Below are positions 28,752-38,806 of a stretch of DNA of 64,000 nt, piece by piece; the stretch's first letter is position 1; every line of letters begins with the position of its first letter. Location of the stretch: NCBI GenBank assembly GCA_018818785.1, contig JAHIRF010000005.1, positions 207,093 to 271,092 on the forward strand, in the 5' to 3' direction. The stretch is from Thermoplasmatota archaeon (GTDB lineage: Archaea > Thermoplasmatota > Thermoplasmata > UBA10834). Under the pieces are notes generated by a model that had not been told where the DNA came from, ran no database searches, and worked only from the letters and a program-made list of their open reading frames with translations. The translations under genes were made by a program, and so were the position numbers.

Positions 28752-31700
28752 TCACTCGACCACGGTGATCAAGACCTCGATCCTGAACATGCTCGAGGAT
28801 CCGAGGAATCCGAAGGTCGCTGCGCCGACATATGTCCCGGGGATGGCGGGCATGCCGTAATCGATGCTGAACGAGTACAGGCCGGACGAAACGAGCGGGG
28901 CTATCCCGGTCGCTGTTATGTATGTCCCTTCGACCCCTATCTGGACATTCAGTCCGAAGTATCCAGGGTTGCCGACAACCGTGTAGCCGAGCACCTTCAC
29001 CAGGTATGTCCCATCAGCCACATCCCTCAGGGTGAGGCTCTCGTCCGATCCGCCTGCACCGACATACCAGTACGGTTCGTTCAAGGACGCTATGCCATCC
29101 TCGTTGGCGTCGTACCAGACACCCATGTCGATGTCTGGGCAATCAGACACTTCCCATACCGACACCTTCAGCACAGCTGCGCTCTCAACATAGATCGGCA
29201 TCGTGTAGTCTGCGTTGGCCAGATCGGATTCGAAGTCGCTGCCCAGAACCCCCTGGTATATGGGCACGCTATCCCACTGGTATGATTTGGTCGGGTCCTC
29301 GCTACCTCCGCTCGCCGCGATCTCACCGTCGATCGTCACGTCGAACCATGCTGGTATCGATCCAGTCAAGGGATCTCCGTCCGAGATGTCCAGTTCGAGT
29401 TCGACCGCGGACGGTTCGAGACCGTTCAGAACGATCATCTTCGTGTATCCCTGGAGTGTCTCCGTCGGCGCATCGCCTGATATGAGCGGGCATCTCGTGA
29501 CGATTGCGAACGGAGCTGGTGAACCTACTGCGGTCTCATAAGCACCGAGTGGAGCCGCTATCGCTTCCTTAGGTCCGCCCGTGTTCGTCCAGGAGCCGAA
29601 TATGCCGGCGCCCATGTACCGCTCGTCGCTGGATGCGATGCCTGTCTCATAGTATCCAGGTCCGTAGGGGTCGTCGAACACTCCCTGCCACTCGCTCTCC
29701 GGATCAGTTGCCACCGGTGCGAGAACGTGTATGTTGATATCGGTAGGCAGGTCCGTCCATTCGACACAAGCCATGAGGTACGCGTTCGGATCTGGCATCT
29801 CAGTCGGGAGCGACCAGAATATCCTCCAGTCACCGACCTCGAACCTCCAGAATTTGTCGGTCACACCAGTGACCTCGTTGTTATATGGGGTATCGAAGTA
29901 GGATTCGCCACCGAATTCGAACTCGTACGACTGCGCAGGCACGTGTATCACGATTGGCAGGCATTGGATCCTCTCGCCATCATCTATGTAGACAGCTGCG
30001 CCGTACGATCCGACATATGCATCATCGGGTACCGAGACGAGGAGTTCCCATGCAAGTTGTCCACCGGCAGGGACTGTCGCAGTCAGACTGGATGACCATT
30101 CTTCGGTCCCCGCCGCCCTTACCTCCGCCCACGGAAATTCATCCAGCTCATAATAGTCCAGCTGGAGGCTGACTTCAATTCCCATCATCGGGGCGATCGC
30201 CCTTATCCTGACGATCAGACCATCCGTTGTCCTCTCGATCGGGTCCTTGAGCATTATCTGGTTGGCGTTGCATTGCGAGCCGTCCACGCTGTACCTGAAC
30301 AATTCCCAGTTCCCGGTGGTCTTCCCAACGGCACCATTGCCATTCAGATCCGCCCAGTCGTGCAGCTCGAGCCAATACTCGACATTCTGAACATAGTCCT
30401 GTTCAGGGTCGGTCTGCTCGTACGGGATGTACATGGTGACCTCCAGGAGGTCAGTGTCTGCAGGCACGTACGCTGTGATATCGACGAATATGTCCGACCT
30501 GGGCTTTGTGACGAAGTTCAGGGTATCACTGCCGGTCTTGAGCAGAATTTCCGGTGATACGACCACATCGGCATCCTCTGTGCCGAAGTTGGACGAAGTC
30601 ACTCCCTGAACCGCTTCCTGTCCGGGCAGCATGAAGTTCGGGAACATCTCGTAGCTCTGTCCGTAGACATCGCCTGGGTAGACGACACCTCCGGTGAAGA
30701 GTGCTCCCTGAGTAGTGGAGACTACGCCTGCTGCACCGCTCATGGCATCCGTGAATGTCTTCGCGTTCAGCCAGCCAGTTCCTTGCTTGAACGGATCGAA
30801 GTGCATATCATCGGCTGCTGCTAGCAGGACCGCCTTGGCGTAATCCTTCGCAGGCATCGCACCCTCGTTCGCGAGCTTGTACGCCTGGTATCCAAGAGCT
30901 GCGCCACCTGCTGCGGTCGGCGTCGCATGGCTCGTCCCACTTCCAAGCTGCGAGTGCCTGTACCCGTTCCCTATTGCTTCGTTGACCATGACGCTCATAC
31001 TCGGGTCATAGTTGAGCGGAGCCGGTTCCATGGAGTACATTCCAGATGCGATGATCTCGGAGTTCAGCTTGCCGTTCCTGCCAGGTCCGGAGTTCGAGAA
31101 CGGAGCTACGTCTCCCCACTGCGCATTGCCAGCGGGTTCGTAGCCCATGATGCCTCTGTACTGCATCGTCGTACCCGCACCAACATGGACCGAAGTGTAA
31201 TCGGTCACGCTGTGAACAGTGCCGTATCCGGGCCCACCGTTTCCGGAGGACCAGAACCAGAGTGTCGGTCCTGACATCGAGATCGTGGTGGCGATCATAT
31301 CTATCAGCTGATAGCCCGCGGCCACAGTGGTATCTGACCATCCGTAGCTGTTCGTGACTATGTCTGCCTCATCGCCCGTGCCCAGGATCCCATCAACACC
31401 GTATTGCGCAAACAGCCACGCGTTCACCGTGCTTCCGGTGAATGGTATCGCTATGAGCTTAGCACCTGGTGCCATGCCCTCTAGCTGTCCGCCATAGGTA
31501 TAGCCGTTGGCCAATGCTGCAGAGGAAGTCATAGTCCCATGCGTTCCCGCATAGGCTCCCATGAATGCTACTGCGTCGCCAGAATCTGCAACGAAATCCG
31601 CTCCATATGTCCAGTCTGATGCGGGATACACATTGACTCCGTCGCTGATCCAGTAGACCATTCCGCCGGAGTAGTCAGCGTATCCATCGCCAGCGTTCCA

Positions 31701-32735
31701 TGCGGAGAAGTCACTCTTCCCAGTGCTGGCATCGTACGCATCGAAATACGATATCTCATCACCCATGACGCACGCCTTGTCGTTGGTGAAGTCGAAATCG
31801 CGTGTGACATCGACGTAGACCGTGTCATAGACGCCGGCCACCTGTGAGTCCACAACCAGCACCGCGATGGATCCTCCCCAGAGCAGCTCAAGGGTCCAGT
31901 CAGGGCTGTATCCCATATGGACCACACCGCTCTGGCTCGAAAGCGCGTTACCATCGGCATCGGTCAGTCCCTTGATCAGGTACTTCGTGCCGTCGAACTT
32001 CACGTACTTGCTGTTCTTGACGGCGACCTCGGTCGAAGTGTCTACCACCCCTCCGCCTATGCTGCCGCTCGCCCATTGGTTGGCTGCATAGTCATCGTAG
32101 CAGATGGGCCATCCGGCGTATGTGCCGAACTCATACCTGGCCTGCTGTCCTTGCAGATCCGGATGAGCCATATCGAACCCGTCGTCGATGTCGGCCAGCA
32201 GTATCGTCTCACCCGTGTAACCGTCTTCCCACGCGGCCACCGCGCCATGTACTTCATCGACATCGATGTCCTCTGGCAACAGCGCAGCTATAGCGGCGGT
32301 CTCTTCCTTCGCGAGGTCCACTCTGTACGAATCGACCATCGGCTTTTCATAAGCAAGGATGCTCGTCACCGCATCGCTGTTCGCGAGCGCAAGAACCGTC
32401 TCCTTGTCCAGGGTCATGAGGCTCGTCAATTGGATGCCTGGGAATTCCTTTGCCTTTATCGGAGACAACCCTTTGGAGACCAGTAGTTCGTTGACCATCT
32501 CCTTATCCGATACGACCACATAGACTTCGAAGGGTCCGTCCGATTCCGCCAAGTCCTTCATGAGTCCGGAATCGATCTTGGACCCGCCCACATAGCCCAC
32601 ACTTCGCGCCACATCTCCGTTCACCGCTGCCTGCTCCGCAGCTGTCGGTGCGGAGCCGAGGACGACGAATGATGTCATCACCATCAGAGATGCCAACGCG
32701 AAACTGAGCGCAGCCTTCCTGAAAAACGTATTCAC
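28752..32735 (-). CDS. Large secreted subtilisin-family (S8) serine protease
   Basis: Signal peptide MNTFFRKAALSFALASLMVMTSFVVLGSAP. Catalytic Asp in LLADIDDG (~res 184), His in GTHGT (~399), oxyanion Asn in SSGNGGP (~499), Ser in GTSHATP (~602). The C-terminal extension is ~700 aa. Confidence 0.88.
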   Translation of the reverse strand: MNTFFRKAALSFALASLMVMTSFVVLGSAPTAAEQAAVNGDVARSVGYVGGSKIDSGLMKDLAESDGPFEVYVVVSDKEMVNELLVSKGLSPIKAKEFPGIQLTSLMTLDKETVLALANSDAVTSILAYEKPMVDSYRVDLAKEETAAIAALLPEDIDVDEVHGAVAAWEDGYTGETILLADIDDGFDMAHPDLQGQQARYEFGTYAGWPICYDDYAANQWASGSIGGGVVDTSTEVAVKNSKYVKFDGTKYLIKGLTDADGNALSSQSGVVHMGYSPDWTLELLWGGSIAVLVVDSQVAGVYDTVYVDVTRDFDFTNDKACVMGDEISYFDAYDASTGKSDFSAWNAGDGYADYSGGMVYWISDGVNVYPASDWTYGADFVADSGDAVAFMGAYAGTHGTMTSSAALANGYTYGGQLEGMAPGAKLIAIPFTGSTVNAWLFAQYGVDGILGTGDEADIVTNSYGWSDTTVAAGYQLIDMIATTISMSGPTLWFWSSGNGGPGYGTVHSVTDYTSVHVGAGTTMQYRGIMGYEPAGNAQWGDVAPFSNSGPGRNGKLNSEIIASGMYSMEPAPLNYDPSMSVMVNEAIGNGYRHSQLGSGTSHATPTAAGGAALGYQAYKLANEGAMPAKDYAKAVLLAAADDMHFDPFKQGTGWLNAKTFTDAMSGAAGVVSTTQGALFTGGVVYPGDVYGQSYEMFPNFMLPGQEAVQGVTSSNFGTEDADVVVSPEILLKTGSDTLNFVTKPRSDIFVDITAYVPADTDLLEVTMYIPYEQTDPEQDYVQNVEYWLELHDWADLNGNGAVGKTTGNWELFRYSVDGSQCNANQIMLKDPIERTTDGLIVRIRAIAPMMGIEVSLQLDYYELDEFPWAEVRAAGTEEWSSSLTATVPAGGQLAWELLVSVPDDAYVGSYGAAVYIDDGERIQCLPIVIHVPAQSYEFEFGGESYFDTPYNNEVTGVTDKFWRFEVGDWRIFWSLPTEMPDPNAYLMACVEWTDLPTDINIHVLAPVATDPESEWQGVFDDPYGPGYYETGIASSDERYMGAGIFGSWTNTGGPKEAIAAPLGAYETAVGSPAPFAIVTRCPLISGDAPTETLQGYTKMIVLNGLEPSAVELELDISDGDPLTGSIPAWFDVTIDGEIAASGGSEDPTKSYQWDSVPIYQGVLGSDFESDLANADYTMPIYVESAAVLKVSVWEVSDCPDIDMGVWYDANEDGIASLNEPYWYVGAGGSDESLTLRDVADGTYLVKVLGYTVVGNPGYFGLNVQIGVEGTYITATGIAPLVSSGLYSFSIDYGMPAIPGTYVGAATFGFLGSSSMFRIEVLITVVE

Positions 32736-33030
32736 TGTTTACCCCCCTCAATACCTAGACCACTCTGAGCGTGGTCTTAACCGTTAAGTCCGGAACCGCG
32801 ATTAGCGGTATTATACTCTATCGGCGAAGGGCAAGGTCAGTAGGACGAAAACCGAAGGAAGATCGGTGCGCGAATGAACACTTCTGTCATCGAAGACACC
32901 CCCCTTCTTCTAGCCTCATCGATTCGTCGAAAACAGTCAGTCGGATGACGGGTTTCCTCGTCAATCTTAAAGTATGAAAACCATCTCTCGTGCAACGATA
33001 AGTATTGGAGCCCGAGAACGGAAGGATACG

Positions 33031-34605
33031 ATGAACAAGTACTCTCCAAGACCCTGGTTCGTCCATGGCGTGAACGAGCCTGGTGATGAGATATCTGCCA
33101 GACGGATCGGGAAGTTGTTGCTCAACAAGCAGAGGACCGGCCTCTTCCTCGGCCCTCTGGTATTCGTAATCATCCTGCTCATCCCAGAGCCACAGTCCAT
33201 GATAGATGCTGCGGCGAATGTCGGCGCATCCGAACACGCTCCTCAGATCGCATTGGGCACACTTCTCTGGGTCCTCATCTGGTGGATCTCAGAGTGTGTT
33301 CCGCTGGGAATCGCCGCGTTGATACCTCCGATAGTCTTCTCGATGTCGCGAATAGTCGGCTGGAAGACATCGCTCACATCATTCACTGACCCCATCATCT
33401 GGATATTCATGGCCGGTTTCGTTCTTGCTGCGGCATTCAGGAAATGGGATCTCGACCGCCGCATAGCAGTGAGGTTGGGGTTGTTGTACAAGGGGAAGAA
33501 CCCAATGATCGCAGCATTCTTCGTCGCTGCGTTACCGGTGTTCATACTGACGCTCACGGGTTCCATCACGGCATCGACTGCAGTCGTGTTTCCATTCCTC
33601 ATAGCATATCTCTCGATGGCCGGCATCAAACCTGGTGGCAGATACAGTGAAGCTTGTATGCTCGTGCTCGCTCAGGCAGCGACCGCAGGTGCGATGCTGC
33701 TCCTCATCAGCACTCCGCCCAACCTGATCGCCAAGAGCACCGCGCAGGAATTCGGGAACATCGACATCACCTTCTTGGACTGGCTCATAATCGGAACGCC
33801 CCATGCCCTGATCGGTCTTCTCATCTCTTGGATCGTCGTTTTCAAAGTGTTGAGGCCCGAGGAGAAGAGTGTAGCCGCGGACCGCGGCAAGATGATGGCA
33901 TTGTCCAAGCAGCTTGGTCGTATGAGCCGAGGGGAGAAGGTGGTCGTCGGTCTGTTGCTCACGGCGATCAGCCTGTGGGTGCTCCCGTCCGTGGTCAAGA
34001 TACTGGCTGGCTACAATGCTGATCTTCTGCCTCTTTCGAACGATCTGACTGCCATAATGCCGGAGGCGATGCCCGCGGTCCTGGTGATTCTGCTCGCTGG
34101 TCTCATAAAGGTCAGGGGGGAACCGATCCTCAAATGGGAGGAACTCGCCCGTGGTATCGACTGGAACATCGTCTTCCTATTCGGAGGCGGCATCGCCCTC
34201 GGCATAGGACTAGCCGAGAGCGGGTTCGCGAATTGGCTCGCCACGGGCGTCAGCGGTGCTCTGGGGCCGAACCCTGGCGCGTGGGCGATCTTCGCGATGT
34301 CCTGCGTGCTCGGGTTCTTGTTGACATATGCTGCATCGAACACGGCCGCTGCGTTGATTACCTGTCCTATAGCCGCGACCCTCGCATTGGGTGCAGGGGT
34401 GTCCCCGATCCCGCCGATCATCGGGGCTGCACTCGCTTGTTCCATATCGAGTGCCATCCCGTCGACGACGCCACCGATGGCGATAGTCTACAGCTCTGGG
34501 TATGTCAAGATGTGGAGCATGTTCAAGGTGGGAATCATTTCCGACTTGCTCAGGTTGGGCGTGTTGATACTGATAGGTCCATTCCTCGCCAATATGCTCG
34601 TGTGA
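33031..34605 (+). CDS. DASS/SLC13-family anion:sodium symporter
   Basis: Polytopic membrane protein with the family's SNT-type hairpin motif (YAASNTAAALI). ATG at 33031 (MNKYSPRPW). Confidence 0.75.
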   Translation: MNKYSPRPWFVHGVNEPGDEISARRIGKLLLNKQRTGLFLGPLVFVIILLIPEPQSMIDAAANVGASEHAPQIALGTLLWVLIWWISECVPLGIAALIPPIVFSMSRIVGWKTSLTSFTDPIIWIFMAGFVLAAAFRKWDLDRRIAVRLGLLYKGKNPMIAAFFVAALPVFILTLTGSITASTAVVFPFLIAYLSMAGIKPGGRYSEACMLVLAQAATAGAMLLLISTPPNLIAKSTAQEFGNIDITFLDWLIIGTPHALIGLLISWIVVFKVLRPEEKSVAADRGKMMALSKQLGRMSRGEKVVVGLLLTAISLWVLPSVVKILAGYNADLLPLSNDLTAIMPEAMPAVLVILLAGLIKVRGEPILKWEELARGIDWNIVFLFGGGIALGIGLAESGFANWLATGVSGALGPNPGAWAIFAMSCVLGFLLTYAASNTAAALITCPIAATLALGAGVSPIPPIIGAALACSISSAIPSTTPPMAIVYSSGYVKMWSMFKVGIISDLLRLGVLILIGPFLANMLV

Positions 34606-34689
34606 TCGGGTGTTTCTTCACCTGGCGCGCGTCCGTTGAGCGCATGCCCGAGCGTGTGCGCGCGTGGCCGGTGCGCTCGTCCTACGCGC

Positions 34690-34696
34690 TTAAATA
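34690..34696 (+). promoter_or_regulatory. TATA-like box for ftsZ
   Basis: TTAAATA lies ~36 nt before the ATG at 34732. Confidence 0.3.
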
Positions 34697-34731
34697 CGAT
34701 TGGAACACAAGTGTACGTATAGGGATGCACG

Positions 34732-35889
34732 ATGCCACTGGATTTCATCAGTAGCGCGCTCAACAGGAATAGTGAGCGATCGTCTTCCGAGCAATCGAAT
34801 GACGATCTCGAGATCGAGAAGATTGCAGCGGGCCTAAATGTCCGTATCAAACTAGTTGGTTGTGGTGGGGCCGGTTCGAATACCGTCACCAGGTGTTACG
34901 AGGACGATCTATCCGGTGTCGAGATGATCGCGATCAATACAGATGCCAAACATCTTCTATCCGTCAAATGCGGCCGGAAACTGCTCATCGGAAAGTTGCT
35001 CACGAGAGGCATGGGTGCCGGTGCTAGACCTGAGATCGGTGAGAAAGCCGCGATGGAGAATGAACGCGAGATAGGAGAGTTCATGAAGGAGGCGCAGATC
35101 GTCTTCATCACCGCTGGCATGGGCGGTGGGACTGGCACAAGTTCATCGTTCGTCGCATCGCGTCTCGCGAAAGAGGCACGTGCACTCACCATCGGGATAG
35201 TCACCCTTCCATTCAAATCAGAAGGCGAGATGCGGATGGAGAATGCGTTGTCGGGATTGACGCGCTTGTCGAAAGTATGCGACACCACGATCGTGATACC
35301 GAACGATACGCTTCTCGAACTAGTCCCCAACCTCCCTGTCCAGGCAGCGTTCAAGGTCGCAGACGAACTTCTTCTGCAGACAATAAGAGGGTTGACCGAG
35401 ATGCTCACCCGCTCCGGATTGGTGAATGTTGATTTCGCGGACCTGAGGACGATCATGGACGAAGGCGGAGTCTCGTTGATCGGTGTGGGCGAGTCGGATA
35501 GTGCGCCCGGCGACCGCATGGACGAAGCGGTCGAGGAAGCATTGACTTCGCCGTTGCTTGGGATGATGGATCTGAAAGAAGCCAAGGGCGCTTTGATAAG
35601 GGTCGTCGGTGGTCCGGACATGGCCATTGAAGAAGCAGCGAGAGCCGCGGAGATCATCTCTGGCAGATTGAGGCACAATGGTCGGCTTATCTGGGGTTGC
35701 TCTCTCGAACCGGAGATGTCTGGACGGGTCAAGATACTCCTCATAGCGACCGGGGCCAAATCGCAATATGTGCTTCGGAGAGATGGGGAAGATGCGGTCA
35801 TGCAGTCTGCAGGCCAGGATTACCGTGGCGAGATCAATCTCCCGCCGGATATCCGTTCGGACGAAGACCTTGCGATGTTCGTCAGATGA
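34732..35889 (+). CDS. ftsZ: Cell division protein FtsZ
   Basis: GCGGAGSNTV, tubulin signature GMGGGTGT, NDTLL, VNVDFADL. Confidence 0.93.
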   Translation: MPLDFISSALNRNSERSSSEQSNDDLEIEKIAAGLNVRIKLVGCGGAGSNTVTRCYEDDLSGVEMIAINTDAKHLLSVKCGRKLLIGKLLTRGMGAGARPEIGEKAAMENEREIGEFMKEAQIVFITAGMGGGTGTSSSFVASRLAKEARALTIGIVTLPFKSEGEMRMENALSGLTRLSKVCDTTIVIPNDTLLELVPNLPVQAAFKVADELLLQTIRGLTEMLTRSGLVNVDFADLRTIMDEGGVSLIGVGESDSAPGDRMDEAVEEALTSPLLGMMDLKEAKGALIRVVGGPDMAIEEAARAAEIISGRLRHNGRLIWGCSLEPEMSGRVKILLIATGAKSQYVLRRDGEDAVMQSAGQDYRGEINLPPDIRSDEDLAMFVR

Positions 35890-35898
35890 AACCAAGCG

Positions 35899-37803
35899 TC
35901 ATATCCCTAGAATGATGTGAGCCGTCGTTCCCATGATGAGTGCCAGCGAGACTGAGCCCAGCGCGACCAGGACCGTGCTCTTCATACCGAACTCCTTCAC
36001 CATGACAGCGAATGCAGCGATGCACGGGAGGAATATGGCCATCACCAGCGCGAACACGAACATCTGTTCGGATGACAGCTCAAGCGCGAGATTGCTCGTG
36101 CCGAACAGTATCATCAACATCTGCAGAGCCATCTCCTTCCTCAGTATGCCGAACACCAGTGCGATCACGGTGACACCAGGAAGGCCTAGCATAGTCATCA
36201 TGACCCATTCTGAAGGGCCTATCAGTTTATCGAGCCAGCCAATGACCATCATCGTCTCGAGGATGATGCTTCCCGCAAGCAGAAGTGGGAATGCGATTGT
36301 GAGGAACTCCTTGACGCGCAGGTATGTCTTCGACAGTATCTGCATCAAGGATGGGGTTCTCAGGTCAGGTATCTCGAGGAATAACCCCGTCGGTTCGAAC
36401 TTGATCGTCTTGTGCATCGCATAGCCGAGCGTCATGAATATGCCGCCGAGTATGACGTATATCAGCAATGCCCACCAGACACCTGCGTAATTCCCGACGG
36501 TGCCAATGATGATCGCAGTCTGCGCGGAGCAGGGCACTGCGATCGTGATGAGTGTGGCGAGTATCAGCCGCTCTCTCTTCGACCCCATCGCTCTTGTGGC
36601 GAGTATTGCCGGCACATTGCATCCGTATCCGACGACCATCGGAATCACAGCTCGCCCGTGAAGGCCGAATCTGTGCATGACGCCGTCGAGCAATGAGACG
36701 ACCCTTACTAGATATCCCGTGTCTTCAAGGACGGCGAGCATCAGGTAGAATACCAGTATGTACGGGACAACGATCGCCAGCATCGCCTCGATGCTCAGAT
36801 AGATTCCTTCGACGATCCCTTTGGCCACATCACTGGATAGACCGTTCTCGAAATCGTTGAAGGGCTGTCTGGCAATATCAGAATATGTCGATACGAGCAA
36901 CCCCTCGATCGCTCCACCGACGAATACCAGGGTCAGAAATACTGTTGCCAGTACTGCGACGAGGATAGGTATTCCGGTTGCGGGTCGAAGAGTGAGGTCT
37001 GAGATCAGGCTCCTATCCCGCCTCGCTGTGGCCACCTTGCCGACGGCTTCGCTTGAGATTCTGCCAGCTTCCCCGAACCTGTCCCTTTGGATGTGGACTA
37101 TGATGTCTTCACCATGTTGCTTCTTGAAGTCCTTTTGCATCTCCTCGATGAGCGTCGCGATCTCTGGCGTGGCTTTCTCCGACATCTTCGGGTCCCCGCT
37201 CAGCAGCCTGATCGCAGCTGCTCTCAACGGGATGTCCCATCTATTCTCATCAAGGCGAGATTCGATCCTTCTGATCATCTCCTCTATGTGCGAATCGTAG
37301 CGGACCTTGAACTTGCTCTTCTTTCTCAGCTGGACCGAAGTGAACAGGAGCGAATCGATCCCTTCGCCAGTGGTCGCCACGGTCGGGATGACCGGAATCG
37401 ATAGGATTCTTTCGAGCCGTTCGACATCTATTATGAGCTTCTTCTTCCTCATGATGTCGTACATGTTCAGCGAAGCGACGACATTGTATCCTGATTCTAT
37501 GAGCTCAAAAAGGAACACAAGGTTCCTCTCCAACCTGGAGGAATCGAGCACTGCGATGACCGTATCTGGTCTCCTCTTGAAAAGAAGATCCGTGGCAACC
37601 CGCTCATCATCAGTATTCCCCTCGAGTGAATATGTTCCTGGTAGGTCGATCACTGTGATCGTGGACCCCATGAACTTGGCCCGTCCTTCTGAGAATTCGA
37701 CCGTGGTTCCGGGATAGTTGGAGCTGATGACTCCTACCCCAGTCAGTTTTCCGAATATCTGGCTTTTACCTACATTCGGATTCCCTGCGAGAGCGATCTC
37801 CAT
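35899..37803 (-). CDS. feoB: Ferrous iron transporter FeoB
   Basis: N-terminal G domain (ALAGNPNVGKS, DLPGTYSL) followed by a polytopic membrane domain. 634 aa. Confidence 0.92.
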   Translation of the reverse strand: MEIALAGNPNVGKSQIFGKLTGVGVISSNYPGTTVEFSEGRAKFMGSTITVIDLPGTYSLEGNTDDERVATDLLFKRRPDTVIAVLDSSRLERNLVFLFELIESGYNVVASLNMYDIMRKKKLIIDVERLERILSIPVIPTVATTGEGIDSLLFTSVQLRKKSKFKVRYDSHIEEMIRRIESRLDENRWDIPLRAAAIRLLSGDPKMSEKATPEIATLIEEMQKDFKKQHGEDIIVHIQRDRFGEAGRISSEAVGKVATARRDRSLISDLTLRPATGIPILVAVLATVFLTLVFVGGAIEGLLVSTYSDIARQPFNDFENGLSSDVAKGIVEGIYLSIEAMLAIVVPYILVFYLMLAVLEDTGYLVRVVSLLDGVMHRFGLHGRAVIPMVVGYGCNVPAILATRAMGSKRERLILATLITIAVPCSAQTAIIIGTVGNYAGVWWALLIYVILGGIFMTLGYAMHKTIKFEPTGLFLEIPDLRTPSLMQILSKTYLRVKEFLTIAFPLLLAGSIILETMMVIGWLDKLIGPSEWVMMTMLGLPGVTVIALVFGILRKEMALQMLMILFGTSNLALELSSEQMFVFALVMAIFLPCIAAFAVMVKEFGMKSTVLVALGSVSLALIMGTTAHIILGI

Positions 37804-37812
37804 CCCATCACC

Positions 37813-38481
37813 TCATGCAGCTCTCGTAATCCGGAGAATCGCCCCTATTTCCCTGGCGATCGCCACCTTCGTGCCTTTCAGGGAGACTATGATCGGTCCT
37901 CCCATGGGGATCTTCTTCTCCAACTTCACCTCAGAGCCTGGTACGAACCCCATCGCGAGTATCCTGCACAGTTCGTCCTTGCTGTTGGATTCCAGATGTG
38001 AGATGGTGCCCAGTTCCCCCTCGTCGAGATCAAGCAGAAGGACCGTGTCGTCCGCGCATTTCTCACAAGGGATCCCCCTGCCACATTTCGGTATCTTCTT
38101 GCCGTGGGGACATTCGGATGGATGGTTCATCATCCTGCAGAGCTGCTTCTCTGCCTCATCTGATAATGCATGCTCCATCTTGCACGCCTGCTCGTGCCTC
38201 GAATTGCCTCTGATCCCGACGTAATCGTGCAAGAACCTCTCGAGGAGCCTGTGCTTTCTTGTTACGTTGCACGCGATCCTGCGGCCTTTAGGCTTCAGCG
38301 TGACACCCTTGTACTTCTCGTGCCTGATATAACCCTGTTTGGCGAGTTTCTGTATCATTTCGGTCACGGATGATGGTGAGATGGCCAGCGCATCCGCTAT
38401 ATCTGAAGTCCTTGCGAGGCCGCCATCCTCTGTCAGATTGTACACTATCTTGAGATACTGCTCAGTTATCTCCGAGGCCAT
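37813..38481 (-). CDS. DtxR/IdeR-family metal-dependent regulator with a C-terminal FeoA/SH3-like domain
   Basis: wHTH N-terminus (ITEQYLKIVYNL...TSDIADALAISPSSVTEMIQKL), a dimerisation/metal region with HE..H and a Cys cluster, and a FeoA-like tail (LAMGFVPGSEVKLEKKIPMGGPIIVSLKGTKVAIAREIG). Lies 9 nt upstream of feoB. Confidence 0.85.
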   Translation of the reverse strand: MASEITEQYLKIVYNLTEDGGLARTSDIADALAISPSSVTEMIQKLAKQGYIRHEKYKGVTLKPKGRRIACNVTRKHRLLERFLHDYVGIRGNSRHEQACKMEHALSDEAEKQLCRMMNHPSECPHGKKIPKCGRGIPCEKCADDTVLLLDLDEGELGTISHLESNSKDELCRILAMGFVPGSEVKLEKKIPMGGPIIVSLKGTKVAIAREIGAILRITRAA

Positions 38482-38491
38482 CTGACGGGAA

Positions 38492-38513
38492 TTAGGCTGA
38501 CCTAAATTATAAA
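38492..38513 (-). promoter_or_regulatory. Iron-box-like palindrome abutting a TATA box, upstream of the dtxR-feoB genes
   Basis: Read on the coding strand: TTTATAAT-TTAGGTCAGCCTAA-(10 nt)-ATG. The palindrome arms TTAGG/CCTAA (38492-38505) match the outer arms of the IdeR/DtxR consensus. The TATA-like box is at 38506-38513. Confidence 0.45.
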
Positions 38514-38571
38514 TCTTGCTCCTGTAAACCGGCGTCTTCGAGGCCGCTGAACACGGTATCTGAGCGCGAAT

Positions 38572-38763
38572 TCACTTCCGATGGTCAAGGTACCGCTTGA
38601 ATGGGTATGTTTTCAGCTTGATATCCCTCTCACCATCCGGCGGATACTCTTCATCGTATTCCATCCTGGCAACATCGAGTTCCTTCTCGTTCAGAGAGGA
38701 TGGCTCTATTCCGTAATTCTGAACGAGCCAAGTCTCAAAGTCGAATTTCAACCGAACCACCAT
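38572..38763 (-). CDS. Hypothetical small protein (63 aa)
   Basis: ORF between the ATPase genes and dtxR on the same strand. Acidic. No family recognised. Confidence 0.35.
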   Translation of the reverse strand: MVVRLKFDFETWLVQNYGIEPSSLNEKELDVARMEYDEEYPPDGERDIKLKTYPFKRYLDHRK

Positions 38764-38806
38764 GAAAGGAAGCGGCGGATCGGGAGTTAAATCCTTCCAT
38801 GAAAAG

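Noticed and set aside
32771-32977. A 68-aa ORF inside the long protease/transporter intergenic spacer, and ORFs 56131-56346, 56292-56534 and 56296-56517 in the 510-nt gap.
   Set aside because: They show atypical composition, mutual overlaps, no plausible start context and no motifs. I treat them as non-coding until expression data say otherwise.
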